Below, piece after piece: positions 47,437 through 57,177 of a stretch of 64,000 nt of DNA; within the stretch, counting starts at the first letter, position 1; each line of letters starts with the position of its first letter. Position numbers and translations under genes: made by a program. The notes beneath the pieces were generated by a model that was not told the DNA's origin, made no database searches, and saw only the letters and a program-made list of their open reading frames with translations. Source of the stretch: an uncultured virus (IMG/VR IMGVR_UViG_3300036940_000262) (lineage: Duplodnaviria; Heunggongvirae; Uroviricota; Caudoviricetes); the IMG/VR virus record IMGVR_UViG_3300036940_000262; one strand, given 5' to 3'.

Positions 47437-47855
47437 GTGTATTGTTAAGTTGTTATGCAAGTAGACAAGGAATTGCTTACACAGTATTAAGAGATGGGAA
47501 ACAGGTAGATAGTGGAGTTGAGAGAGTATCTGCCTTAAAAGAACATTCTTTAAAAACTAATATTTTAAAAGCAATTGCTTTTGGATTAAAAAGGGTAGAG
47601 GTTAATCACGAGTATTTAACCCTAGAGGTACAGAACAGAGATGTTGTTGATTGGTTAAGCAGTAGAAAAGACAATAAAGAATATGCTGTACTTTTAGATG
47701 AGCTGGAAATAGAGATAGAGAAACTGGATTGTGTTTTAACAGTTATTTGTGGAGATTGTAAAACTTCAAGATACATTTTAACAAAAGAGTTAAAAACTAA
47801 GAAAGTTGAATCAACTAGTATCTTAGACATATTTGGAGGTTTAGAAGATGAGTAG
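47433..47855 (+). CDS. Possible catalytically inactive RNase HI-like fold protein
   Basis: Strand/helix pattern (CYAS..GIAYTVL..G, AIAFGL, LEVQNRDVV) resembles RNase HI, but the acidic catalytic residues are absent. Confidence 0.35.
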   Translation: MSVLLSCYASRQGIAYTVLRDGKQVDSGVERVSALKEHSLKTNILKAIAFGLKRVEVNHEYLTLEVQNRDVVDWLSSRKDNKEYAVLLDELEIEIEKLDCVLTVICGDCKTSRYILTKELKTKKVESTSILDIFGGLEDE

Positions 47856-49209
47856 ATTTTTAGAAGCATTCAACTATGGTGTGGAGACATTGAATATTAG
47901 CAGAGAGGACTTCTTTGAGGTTGTAAAAAACTCTGAAAACTATGTTGGTGAAGACTATTCTTATTGGTTAGCTAACAAAATACTTGGTATTGCTGACAGA
48001 GATGGAGTATCTTTTAATAAGATAATGTCTAATAAAACAAGCATATTGAACAACAACTTTAAAGACACATCTTTAAAATTTGAAGTGGGTAGCTTATATT
48101 TAAAGCACATTTTGGATGAAGTAGTTGGGGGTACACCGTATTTGCGAGGTTTGGAGAGCGATTCGGAGCTAGAGTCTGTAGACTTTGGCTCAAACTTAGA
48201 TATGGATAAATACAATTGTTTTTTCATTGATAACAATCTTCCAGAATCTCTAGCATCATCAATTAAGAATGAGAAAGAGTTTTCAATCTTATTTAAGCAG
48301 GATTTTACACAAGCTCAAAAAGGTTCTGACTTGTATATAGATGCAAAACATAACGGGTTTACATTAAATTATGAGTTTGATGTTATTCTGTATCGTCTAG
48401 TAACTATTGCAAAAGCATTCCCTAGATTAAAAGGGAAGTTCAACTTCATTGTGCCTGAAAGTCTAGTAAGTGAGAAGTCGGATGTTGTAGACTACTTTTT
48501 AACTTATTTTGAGTGTTCAGGTGGGTTCTTCTCAAACAACCTAATCTTTATGTCATTTAAAGTTAGGGAGGGTAGTGAACAAAATCCTATCGAATTGAAA
48601 GAACTGCATTTAGAGCAGGGTAAAGAGGTTATTGGTAAAACAAAACTATTTACTAACTCAGGAACATTAATGATTGATAAGCTTTCTGAAGATGCGGATA
48701 TGGGAGATGTGTTTGGTTTCTTGTGTGTAGATGGGTACGATTGTAAAATAGAAAAGTTAAAAAAGACTGATATTGAGTACTGCATACCTATAACAGAGGA
48801 CAATTTATTAGATGCTGTAACCTTCTTTGGGGTTTGGGTGGCTCATAAGAAAGAACTTGGATATGTTACAGGGTTCAACAGATTCTTAAGTGGTTTAGCC
48901 GAGTATAATAAACTCGTATATTCTTGCATGGTTTTAGCAATATTCCATGAGGATTCTCATGTAAATTTTGCTGAACATTTGGAGGTTACCCTAGACAGTA
49001 AGAAAGAATTACTTCCTTTCTTTGTTAAAGAGTTTAAGGTTAACTGCCAAGCATTCAGAGGTGTTATAAAAGAACAGGATGAGTATGCAAGTGATGTATT
49101 CTCGGAGTTAAAAGATGAAGCAAATCACGAAAAGTTTAATAAGTATTATGACAACGCATTGTCTAATGTTTGCAATGATATTTACGACTTGAGTGAGAAA
49201 TTTCTATGA
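47848..49209 (+). CDS. Hypothetical protein
   Basis: 453-aa ORF, RBS GGAGG, coupled to its neighbours. Confidence 0.7.
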   Translation: MSRFLEAFNYGVETLNISREDFFEVVKNSENYVGEDYSYWLANKILGIADRDGVSFNKIMSNKTSILNNNFKDTSLKFEVGSLYLKHILDEVVGGTPYLRGLESDSELESVDFGSNLDMDKYNCFFIDNNLPESLASSIKNEKEFSILFKQDFTQAQKGSDLYIDAKHNGFTLNYEFDVILYRLVTIAKAFPRLKGKFNFIVPESLVSEKSDVVDYFLTYFECSGGFFSNNLIFMSFKVREGSEQNPIELKELHLEQGKEVIGKTKLFTNSGTLMIDKLSEDADMGDVFGFLCVDGYDCKIEKLKKTDIEYCIPITEDNLLDAVTFFGVWVAHKKELGYVTGFNRFLSGLAEYNKLVYSCMVLAIFHEDSHVNFAEHLEVTLDSKKELLPFFVKEFKVNCQAFRGVIKEQDEYASDVFSELKDEANHEKFNKYYDNALSNVCNDIYDLSEKFL

Positions 49210-50171
49210 GCCTTAAAAAGATAGATACTTGCAATGTAAATGCTTACTTTACAGAATCTTCTAAAGTTGATATGTTTATCTATGATAAACTTAAGAAAAT
49301 CGGGGGCAACAGTTTAAGCACAATAATAACTGTAAATACAGCCAAAGATTTCAATGAGGTAATAAGTTTAGCCAACGTATTACCTCACGAGGCGGATAAG
49401 TGGTTGTTTGTACTAAACTACAGCAAAGTAAGTGGTTTATTAAAGAAGCACAAAGGGGTATTAAAATCAGACACTTCTTCTTTTATAGTTAAACTTGCAA
49501 ACTATAAAGAGTTCTTAAACTTTAATAAAGAACATTCAGATGGCAATATAAATTCAATGTATTTGTCGAGATTCTCAAAAGACGATTTTTACCATGTTTT
49601 GTCTGGAAAGGGTTTATCTGATGATACATTAAGCTTTATCTGGACTTCTTACTATAACGATATAGACAAGTTCTTTGATATAGCAGAACACATAGACTCT
49701 GGTGGTACATTGAAGACGAGAAAAGATGTGTCGGACTTATGTGGGGTTTCAGCAACATCTTTACAAGGCTTAAGTTTTATGCTTTTGAGAGACTTGCCAA
49801 AAACAGCTAAAGGTAGAAAGACTTCATTAAAAAAGGTTTTAAATCTATCTTTATTAACAGCAGAAGGATTTGGGTTTACAAAGGCGTATTACTATTTACT
49901 AGGTTGTCTGAAAGATTTTTTAGACATAAAGATGCTAGTAATGCAAGGGGTAGTATACGATAGAATATTTGAAGTGCCTCAAGGTTTTGATGAAAACAGA
50001 TTAAAAAAGAACAACAGATACTTAAAATCAATTGGTAGGATTCCATACAATAAACTTGCTGGTGTTTACTTGCTTTTAAATAGTGTAGGTGTGTGGAGAA
50101 ATGAAAAGGATGTAACAAGTTTCATATACAAACTTTATTCAAGAGAAGGTTGTTTTGATATTAATACATAA
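49206..50171 (+). CDS. Possible clamp-loader delta (HolA)-like protein
   Basis: Size about 320 aa; EVISLANVLPHEADKWLFVL resembles the HolA A..LPF...RLV+ segment; helical C-terminus. Confidence 0.4.
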   Translation: MSLKKIDTCNVNAYFTESSKVDMFIYDKLKKIGGNSLSTIITVNTAKDFNEVISLANVLPHEADKWLFVLNYSKVSGLLKKHKGVLKSDTSSFIVKLANYKEFLNFNKEHSDGNINSMYLSRFSKDDFYHVLSGKGLSDDTLSFIWTSYYNDIDKFFDIAEHIDSGGTLKTRKDVSDLCGVSATSLQGLSFMLLRDLPKTAKGRKTSLKKVLNLSLLTAEGFGFTKAYYYLLGCLKDFLDIKMLVMQGVVYDRIFEVPQGFDENRLKKNNRYLKSIGRIPYNKLAGVYLLLNSVGVWRNEKDVTSFIYKLYSREGCFDINT

Positions 50172-50188
50172 GTTAAGGTGGTGTAAAA

Positions 50189-50836
50189 ATGTATTTAGCA
50201 AATTGTGAGTATAAGGATGTAGCAGACATTAAAGGTAGATTAGTTTCTACTAGAGATGGGATAACAACTAATGTTGTTTTAAATATCCTTAGTGAAGATA
50301 TGACGGATGTAGATTTTTCAGACCGTAATATAAAGTGTATCACAGTTTTAAGTGATGATATTACTGTACCAGAGGGTTTTGAAGAGGATATTTTCAGAGA
50401 GTATACTTTAGAGACTCTCAATGAAAACGCAAATAGTTTGCCGAGTGGTGTCGTACCACTACTTAAACTAGAGGATTCTTATAGCAACATGATGGAGGTT
50501 TACAACCTCTCTCTAAAATATCCAAAATTACGAGTAATCGGTGGCAATTTGCTTGCTTTGGATGGTGTGAAAATCGGTAGATATGAGCGTGGAAAAGATA
50601 AGATGGGTATTGTTTTCAAAGGTCAGTACGATACCTATGATGCTATAGACTTAGCGGATCTTGATTATAAAGTAGTTGAGCGTAAGAAGTCTGTAAACAA
50701 AAGGGTTCAAAAGAGTAAAGCTTTAAAAGCCAAGTCAACGAAAGAAAAAGTTAAAAAAGCAAGCTCTCAAGGGGTAAATAGTCGTAAAAAGAAGGTCTTT
50801 GAGGCATTGTTTTCTGAGGGTGCAGGTTCTTTTTAG
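50189..50836 (+). CDS. Hypothetical protein with Lys-rich tail
   Basis: 215-aa ORF, RBS AAGGTGG. Confidence 0.65.
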   Translation: MYLANCEYKDVADIKGRLVSTRDGITTNVVLNILSEDMTDVDFSDRNIKCITVLSDDITVPEGFEEDIFREYTLETLNENANSLPSGVVPLLKLEDSYSNMMEVYNLSLKYPKLRVIGGNLLALDGVKIGRYERGKDKMGIVFKGQYDTYDAIDLADLDYKVVERKKSVNKRVQKSKALKAKSTKEKVKKASSQGVNSRKKKVFEALFSEGAGSF

Positions 50837-50949
50837 GTTGTCAAGGGAATTTCCTGTAAATTGTCTTAAAGCTTCTGGGGAATTTTTTATAGTAATAGCA
50901 GGAGATAGGAGTAGAGCAAAATCAAAAATATTTTACAACTACTAATCAC

Positions 50950-50985
50950 AACTGGGTAAAAAAATATTTTGAATTATGTTATTCT
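50950..50985 (+). promoter_or_regulatory. Element-type promoter AACTGGGT-N22-TATTCT
   Basis: Recurrent motif with extended -10 TG, upstream of a sigma-like orphan gene. Confidence 0.6.
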
Positions 50986-51033
50986 ATTCCTATAGAATAT
51001 TTACGGAAAAATTTTTTTTTGGAGGTATGTGTA

Positions 51034-51627
51034 ATGCGGGTATATGAGTTTGTAAACAATGTTGGAGATTGGACACCTTTTGAGAGTATGGAAAAAGACA
51101 TCTTTGTTCCGGGTTCTTTGGTAAGTGAGGGTATCGATATTTTAAGTATCGAACAAGCTAGAAGGGGAAAAGACAACGAAGATTTTAATTTAAAAGGGTA
51201 TGCTTTTATTGTCGAATCAAACAAGAAGAAGCATAAAGCAAAACAACAGAAGAAATATAACCGTATCGTAGATTTGGACGGAGATGAGAGACTGGCTAGC
51301 GATGAGGTTGCTTCAAACAGTGCAGAGTTGTCAACTGGTGTAGAGGATTTTGAGTTAATATTAGATAATGTTGACTTTGAAATAGCTCTAAGACAACTGT
51401 TTGATTTGAAAGAGGAAGTAGCTGTGGAGTATGGAGTCGACATTATTCAATGTGTAAAATCCTCTTTAGAGGATTTAGGTTCATCAAAAGAATTGCTGGC
51501 AAGTTTAGTAAGAAAAGATGGTCGGTTGGGTAATGTGATTCAAACTGTATTAACTTGTGCTTCTAACAGCAAGTACAGTCTACAAACAATATTGGAGAGA
51601 CCGTCAAGTTATGCATTTAGTTGCTAA
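51034..51627 (+). CDS. Hypothetical protein, weakly sigma-factor-like
   Basis: ATG after GGAGGT; FNLKGYAFIVESNKKKHKAKQQKKYNRIVDLD resembles the ECF sigma region 2.4-linker pattern. Confidence 0.4.
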   Translation: MRVYEFVNNVGDWTPFESMEKDIFVPGSLVSEGIDILSIEQARRGKDNEDFNLKGYAFIVESNKKKHKAKQQKKYNRIVDLDGDERLASDEVASNSAELSTGVEDFELILDNVDFEIALRQLFDLKEEVAVEYGVDIIQCVKSSLEDLGSSKELLASLVRKDGRLGNVIQTVLTCASNSKYSLQTILERPSSYAFSC

Positions 51628-51654
51628 CAAGAGGGTTTTATAGGTTGTCACTTT

Positions 51655-51690
51655 AGAAGAAAGTCTTTTATTTAAAGACTTTCTTTTTTT
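51655..51690 (+). terminator. Intrinsic terminator
   Basis: AAGAAAGTCTTT/AAAGACTTTCTT stem with T tract. Confidence 0.8.
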
Positions 51691-51706
51691 AGTCTAAAAG
51701 GGTGAG

Positions 51707-52729
51707 GTGGGTTGTTTGCGAGCGTATACGTTCATAGAGAGTGTAAATCACGATTTTATGAGTTTAGTCTACAAAGTGGTTATGGATAATCATAAATACA
51801 CACGATTTATTCACAAAGGTAACTGGGAAAAAGTATCAGAATTGACAATAATGCATATCATAAAAAATTTCGATCCAATGAAGACAACCACAGATAATCT
51901 TGAAGATGCATTGGATAGGTACTCAAAAAGAATTATTAAGTGGATTAAAGAAAACAGTTCAGATGAACTAGATTTATCAGAGGATTTCTCATTAACACAT
52001 GAGCCTTATTTAACCAACGAGGAAGATGAGGCTGAAGTGGTTATAGAGAAAGTAGCAGATGAGAACACAGTACATTGCTTAGAGCAACTTGCATTTCCAT
52101 GCTTCATAGATATGGGTTATCTAGAAACTGGAAAAGGTAAGTCAGTAATGCAGAGGGATTTTGAATCATTAAAATCTTTATACAGTTACAAAACACTAGC
52201 AAACTGTACTAGATATATAAAAAGTGAGTACTCTAAGTCTATACTAGAGTTTAAAGAGAGAATTAACAACGGTAAAATTGGAAGACCTGTAAGCAACTTT
52301 GAAAAGTACATCGACTATAATATTGAATATCTAGGTAAGAACAATGGTATGCTAACTATAACAAGGAAAGAGCGTACACATACAAAACACTTGTATAAAG
52401 TTGAGTATAAAAGCGTTTTTCCAATACTGTTTAAAGCGTTATACGAGGACGACTATAGAGCAGTAATGGAGATAGAAGGGGTAAAAATCTACGCCTCTCT
52501 ATCAGGTGTATATCTAAACAATATAAAAGAGTTGTTGTACTGTATTGAAAATGAGTTAGCGAGTGAGGTATTAACTAAAACTGGCTTATCTTTATTTACT
52601 TATGTTCGTGGTGAGTATGCTTATTTTTCAAGCACAAAGGACAATATAGAGGACTTAATAATAGAGGTTTTCGGTATAAAACTAACCATTCCATTTACGA
52701 AGGTTGAGATTGTAGAATATTTAGTGTGA
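51707..52729 (+). CDS. Hypothetical protein with a sigma70 region-2-like N-terminus
   Basis: MHIIKNFDPMK...DRYSKRII resembles sigma A++KFDP...YA...I; no recognisable region 4. Confidence 0.4.
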   Translation: MGCLRAYTFIESVNHDFMSLVYKVVMDNHKYTRFIHKGNWEKVSELTIMHIIKNFDPMKTTTDNLEDALDRYSKRIIKWIKENSSDELDLSEDFSLTHEPYLTNEEDEAEVVIEKVADENTVHCLEQLAFPCFIDMGYLETGKGKSVMQRDFESLKSLYSYKTLANCTRYIKSEYSKSILEFKERINNGKIGRPVSNFEKYIDYNIEYLGKNNGMLTITRKERTHTKHLYKVEYKSVFPILFKALYEDDYRAVMEIEGVKIYASLSGVYLNNIKELLYCIENELASEVLTKTGLSLFTYVRGEYAYFSSTKDNIEDLIIEVFGIKLTIPFTKVEIVEYLV

Positions 52730-52739
52730 GGGGTAAACG

Positions 52740-55700
52740 ATGCTAAAAGGGTATTATAGACTTGGCGATATAACAGTAGATTTGTCAGGTTACGAATTTT
52801 CAAAAAGTTTCTTATTTTATTTGAGTTGTCCTGCCAGCACAAAGAAACAGATAGATACTGGTATCGATGTAGATTTTGGGGATGGTGACATATCCCATGT
52901 ACCGTCATCTTGGAGTAGTCTTTATTTAAAAGTAGACTTAACCAAAATATGTGTACCGAGATACACGATTGAGGAAAACGGTCAAGTATTTAAAAATGAT
53001 TACAACAGAGATTTCTTCAAGATATTTGGTTCAATTCTGAGAGGGTTTATCAAATCTTGCAACACTACCAACTGTGTAGATAGTCTAGGTGGGTTTGGAT
53101 TTAATCCTTCTAAGGTAAAGAAGTACGAAGTTATGAGCATAGGTAGTGATATCAGGGGTAAGGTAGAACTTGATATGGGGAGTGTAGTCAAAATCCATGC
53201 TGGTGGTGACGATGCACCTTTTGAACTTTTCTTAGAGGAGGATTATTCTGAGTGGTTAAAAATTAAGAAACCCGGTGAGAGACTTCTTAACATTCCATTA
53301 GACTTATCCGACTTTACAAGAAAACAAACTGCTTTGGAACGAGATACAGACAAATTACTTTATTCTCTTGAGGAAATCATTGAAAGAAATCCTGATAAAA
53401 ACTTTTCATGGATCAGGGATATGGATTTTGAGGTTGTAACTGATTTTGAGAGAATGAAAGAGGTTTGTCAGGAGATTTGGAATCATGATGGGTTGGTTGC
53501 TTTTGATACCGAGACAACAGGTCTTAATTTTAATTTCAAGTGCGAGACAGGTGGTGGAGACCGTTTAGTTGGTATGGTTTTTTCAATTAGAGAAGGTCAG
53601 GCATGGTATTTTCCTGTAGCACATAAAAAGTTTAAAAACATTTGTACAGAGGAGAATGAGTATGCGATAATAGAGGAGTATTTTAAGCCTATTTTAGAGC
53701 ATAAGCCTCTGATTGGTCACAATATCTCTAAGTTTGACTGGAAAGTTATGTACACCTATGGTATTGATTTAAATGTAGCCCATGATACGATTATCTTGTA
53801 TCAACTAACATTGGCACACGATAACAATATTAAACTGGGTTTGAAACCTTTAACAAAACTATTATTAGGTCGGGACAGTTTAGAGTTGTCAGACTTTATA
53901 GGTGCAAAGTGGGGTTCAAACGATATTGACTTCTCAGATTTACCGATGGAATCTGTAAAATGGTATGCTTGCCCTGATGATGACAATGTATTAGCTTTAT
54001 TCAGGTACGCCATGGAAAACAGTCTTTTAGAAAAGTATGGTGCTAAGAAAGTATACGAACTTGAGGTTATGTTCGGTATCTGCATCGCTTATCAGGAGTA
54101 CTATGGTCATTGTACAGATATGGATGATATTGAACTGTTAGAAAAAGATATTGAACGAGATACAGGTAATGCTTACAATGCTATGAAAGAGATATGCGGT
54201 AGAGATTTTAGTCCAAACTCACCTCAACAGCTATCTGCTATCATGTATGACCAATTGGGGTATCCCGTTCTAGGTAAAACGGATACAGGTAATCCAAGCA
54301 CAGGCGGGCCTGTTCGAGAGAAACTTATTAAATACAAAACACCCGAAGGGGGGTTAATGTACCCATTTGCTAAGTATCTAGACGACTACAAAACTTCAAA
54401 CCTACTTAAGTCTAACTTTACCAAGAATCTTCCAGACTTAGCAACAGATGATGGTTTCATGTTTTCAGAGGTAGAGCAGTTCTTAGCAACAGGTCGAGTA
54501 TCCTGTAAGAAGCCAAACTATCAGTCATACAATAACACCATTAAAAAGTATATTAGACCACGAAGAGGGTTTTATATGCTAGATGCGGATTTCTCATCGG
54601 TAGAGTACCGTATCCTTGCAAACATGGCAGGACAAGAAAAGTTGATTGAGGAGTTTGTTGATCCTGATATGGATTATCACTCTTATCAGGCTTCGAGAAT
54701 GTTTTCTGTACCGATTGATTTAGTTTCAAAAGAGTTGCGTTCTCAATCAAAAGGGGTAAACTTTGGTTTAGCTTATGGTATGGGTGATCCTTCTCTAGGA
54801 AAACGTATCTTTGGTAAAGAGACACCTGAAAACACAAGAAAGGCATCAAAGTTAAGAAAGCTATACTTTGAGGGACAAGAGAAGATTGAATTATTTTTCG
54901 AGAGAGCGCAACAAGAAGGTATTAATCAATCATACTCAACCACTCATTTTGGTAGAAGAAGGTACTTTGATAAAAGACAAACAAATATAGGTTCTATTAA
55001 AAGACAAGCTTCAAACAACAGGATTCAAGGGACAGCAGCAGATTTATATAAATACTCAGTTGTTAGACTATTCCTAGAGATAAGAAAACGTAAATGGTAT
55101 GGATTGTTTCTATTCACAGCATTTGTACATGATGAATTAGTTTCAGAAGTCCACAACAGTATCAATCCTGTTATAGCATTTAAGGTGCTGAGAGAGTGCT
55201 TTATGATTAAGATTGACGGGTGGTGTGACTTGTATATTGGTGCTGGTTTTGGACGTTCATGGTATGAAGCTAAATCAACTGAAATGCCTGTACAGGTTCA
55301 GGAGTCCATCTTAGAACGATATGGTGAAGAAGGTCTACCATTTTGGGATGGGGATATGGATAAGGTCATGCGTTGGGAAGTTGATGAAATCAATAACTAT
55401 AAAAGAGACCGAATCATATCAGCGTTCAGAAATCCTGATAAACAGGGTAAAGTATTTGTTTTTGAAAGTGGTTTAGCACACGATGTACTGGCGGATATTA
55501 AGGCAGGTAAGTATTCAGATGGGGTTTTAGACTTTGAGTTTGAAATCAAAAAAGACCTTGTAGAGAACTTAGCTGAGTTTGCCAGAGTATTTGGGGTAAC
55601 AGAGGACTTCTTAAAATGCGATCCTAAAAGACCAGATGATATTGAAGTAGCTCAGACTACAGAGGATGTTGGAACGGATTCTATGGAAGAGGAGTTATTT

Positions 55701-55970
55701 GAGGAAGATATATTTGAGCTGTGTATGGCGGGTGTACGACAGTATGGTGTAGCCTACGACAGTGAAGATGCAAAACTTTATTTTAAATACAGTAAATCAA
55801 ATACGGATTTGATGGTTTCAGTTGAGAATATAATAACATTAAATCCAGGTGTTACAGATGTATATGGGGTAAGTGAGGACGGTAAAACATACGATACAGG
55901 GTTAAAAGTAAGTATGAAAGCATACCGAGACATTTTCTCGGTATATGCAACAGCAGGAGGTAGATTTTGA
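52740..55970 (+). CDS. polA: Family A DNA polymerase with 3'-5' exonuclease and N- and C-terminal extensions
   Basis: Exo motifs DTETTG, GHN..KFD and YA..D; polymerase motifs DFSSVEYR, RSQSKGVNFGLAYG, IQGTAAD and VHDE. Confidence 0.95.
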   Translation: MLKGYYRLGDITVDLSGYEFSKSFLFYLSCPASTKKQIDTGIDVDFGDGDISHVPSSWSSLYLKVDLTKICVPRYTIEENGQVFKNDYNRDFFKIFGSILRGFIKSCNTTNCVDSLGGFGFNPSKVKKYEVMSIGSDIRGKVELDMGSVVKIHAGGDDAPFELFLEEDYSEWLKIKKPGERLLNIPLDLSDFTRKQTALERDTDKLLYSLEEIIERNPDKNFSWIRDMDFEVVTDFERMKEVCQEIWNHDGLVAFDTETTGLNFNFKCETGGGDRLVGMVFSIREGQAWYFPVAHKKFKNICTEENEYAIIEEYFKPILEHKPLIGHNISKFDWKVMYTYGIDLNVAHDTIILYQLTLAHDNNIKLGLKPLTKLLLGRDSLELSDFIGAKWGSNDIDFSDLPMESVKWYACPDDDNVLALFRYAMENSLLEKYGAKKVYELEVMFGICIAYQEYYGHCTDMDDIELLEKDIERDTGNAYNAMKEICGRDFSPNSPQQLSAIMYDQLGYPVLGKTDTGNPSTGGPVREKLIKYKTPEGGLMYPFAKYLDDYKTSNLLKSNFTKNLPDLATDDGFMFSEVEQFLATGRVSCKKPNYQSYNNTIKKYIRPRRGFYMLDADFSSVEYRILANMAGQEKLIEEFVDPDMDYHSYQASRMFSVPIDLVSKELRSQSKGVNFGLAYGMGDPSLGKRIFGKETPENTRKASKLRKLYFEGQEKIELFFERAQQEGINQSYSTTHFGRRRYFDKRQTNIGSIKRQASNNRIQGTAADLYKYSVVRLFLEIRKRKWYGLFLFTAFVHDELVSEVHNSINPVIAFKVLRECFMIKIDGWCDLYIGAGFGRSWYEAKSTEMPVQVQESILERYGEEGLPFWDGDMDKVMRWEVDEINNYKRDRIISAFRNPDKQGKVFVFESGLAHDVLADIKAGKYSDGVLDFEFEIKKDLVENLAEFARVFGVTEDFLKCDPKRPDDIEVAQTTEDVGTDSMEEELFEEDIFELCMAGVRQYGVAYDSEDAKLYFKYSKSNTDLMVSVENIITLNPGVTDVYGVSEDGKTYDTGLKVSMKAYRDIFSVYATAGGRF

Positions 55971-56320
55971 GCATTTATGAAGGTTTTGATGAGGATGCAA
56001 CAGTCAATAGTGAAATCGATGGTGTGTCTGGTAATGTCAGCAAGGGTACTGTAACAGATATACAGTACCCTAATATTCTAATCACGACAAGTAAATTAGC
56101 ATCTTATAAATGGGTTTCTCTTAGTAAATTTATTTCAACAGATGTTAAAGAAGGTATTCAAGTAAACATCAATAAAGATGGTGATATTCTTAAATTAGGG
56201 GTAATTAAGCAAAGCAGTATTTCCGCATTAGCTGAGATAGTGGATGGAAACATAGAGGTAAATTACTCTAAGGATAAAAAGTTAACTGGTGATAAAGTAT
56301 ATCTTATAGGTGATTTATAG
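55967..56320 (+). CDS. Hypothetical protein
   Basis: TTG start overlapping the polymerase stop; RBS GGAGG. Confidence 0.65.
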   Translation: MSIYEGFDEDATVNSEIDGVSGNVSKGTVTDIQYPNILITTSKLASYKWVSLSKFISTDVKEGIQVNINKDGDILKLGVIKQSSISALAEIVDGNIEVNYSKDKKLTGDKVYLIGDL

Positions 56321-56329
56321 GAGGAATGT

Positions 56330-56812
56330 ATGAACACAACAGTTCTTGATGGTAATTTAGTCAGAGATCCAAAAATTGCAACATCTGCAGGTGGTAAACT
56401 TGTAGCAAATTTTAGGATTGCAGTTGATAGACGTTACAAGAGTGAAGGAAGACCAACAACTGATTATTTTGATTGTATCGCTTTTGATAGTCAGGCATCA
56501 GCATTGAGATACTTAGGTAAAGGTGATGGTTTGGTTATCAGAGGTAGAATTGAGAATAAAGAGCCTTATAAAAACAAGAATGGGGAACTTGTTAAAGAGG
56601 ATATAATTGTAGTTGAGGAGGTATCTTTCAGTAAAAAGAGGTCATCAAACAGACCATTGGAACAGCCTGAAACAGTAGTCACTTCAAGTAAGTCTGGAAA
56701 AACTACTACTGTAGATAACAGTAAACAAGCATCTAAACCGCCATTAACCGAGGATGAGTACTTAAGATATTTAGATGAAATCGGGTATGGTGCGGATATA
56801 GAGGGTATGTAA
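56330..56812 (+). CDS. ssb: Single-stranded DNA-binding protein
   Basis: MN..VL.GNLVRDP, FRIAVDR, TDYFDC.AF and LGKG...IRGRI. Confidence 0.92.
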   Translation: MNTTVLDGNLVRDPKIATSAGGKLVANFRIAVDRRYKSEGRPTTDYFDCIAFDSQASALRYLGKGDGLVIRGRIENKEPYKNKNGELVKEDIIVVEEVSFSKKRSSNRPLEQPETVVTSSKSGKTTTVDNSKQASKPPLTEDEYLRYLDEIGYGADIEGM

Positions 56813-56847
56813 ACTGGGTTGAAAAGGGTATAAATGAGGTGTATAAT
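56812..56847 (+). promoter_or_regulatory. Element-type promoter AACTGGGT-N22-TATAAT
   Basis: Exact motif and spacing, but the -10 abuts ATG 56848, so it would drive the genes further downstream. Confidence 0.5.
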
Positions 56848-57177
56848 ATGGGTGTAGTGTTATTCGATAAGAATAAGTATGTGTGCGAGGAGTTAGAATT
56901 TTGCGGTGATGTGATGCTTGTCAATGGTTGGTGTATACCATTATATTATAAAGGCATGAACTATGAATTAGATATGTCATCAATGAGTTCTAATGCTGTG
57001 GAATTTAAAGAATTGGAACATAGACAGTATGACAGTGCTATAAAACCTGAGACAATTAAAATTGAGGGTGTTTTTAAAAATATTAAAGTCGATACGGCAG
57101 GGGTGTTGATGAAGTATTCAATAAAGGGGGTAAACAGTGAGTATCGTAACAGTAAAAGATATTGCAAGCAAAGGTGA
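56848..57177 (+). CDS. Hypothetical protein
   Basis: ATG 56848 after RBS GAGGTG. Confidence 0.55.
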   Translation: MGVVLFDKNKYVCEELEFCGDVMLVNGWCIPLYYKGMNYELDMSSMSSNAVEFKELEHRQYDSAIKPETIKIEGVFKNIKVDTAGVLMKYSIKGVNSEYRNSKRYCKQR

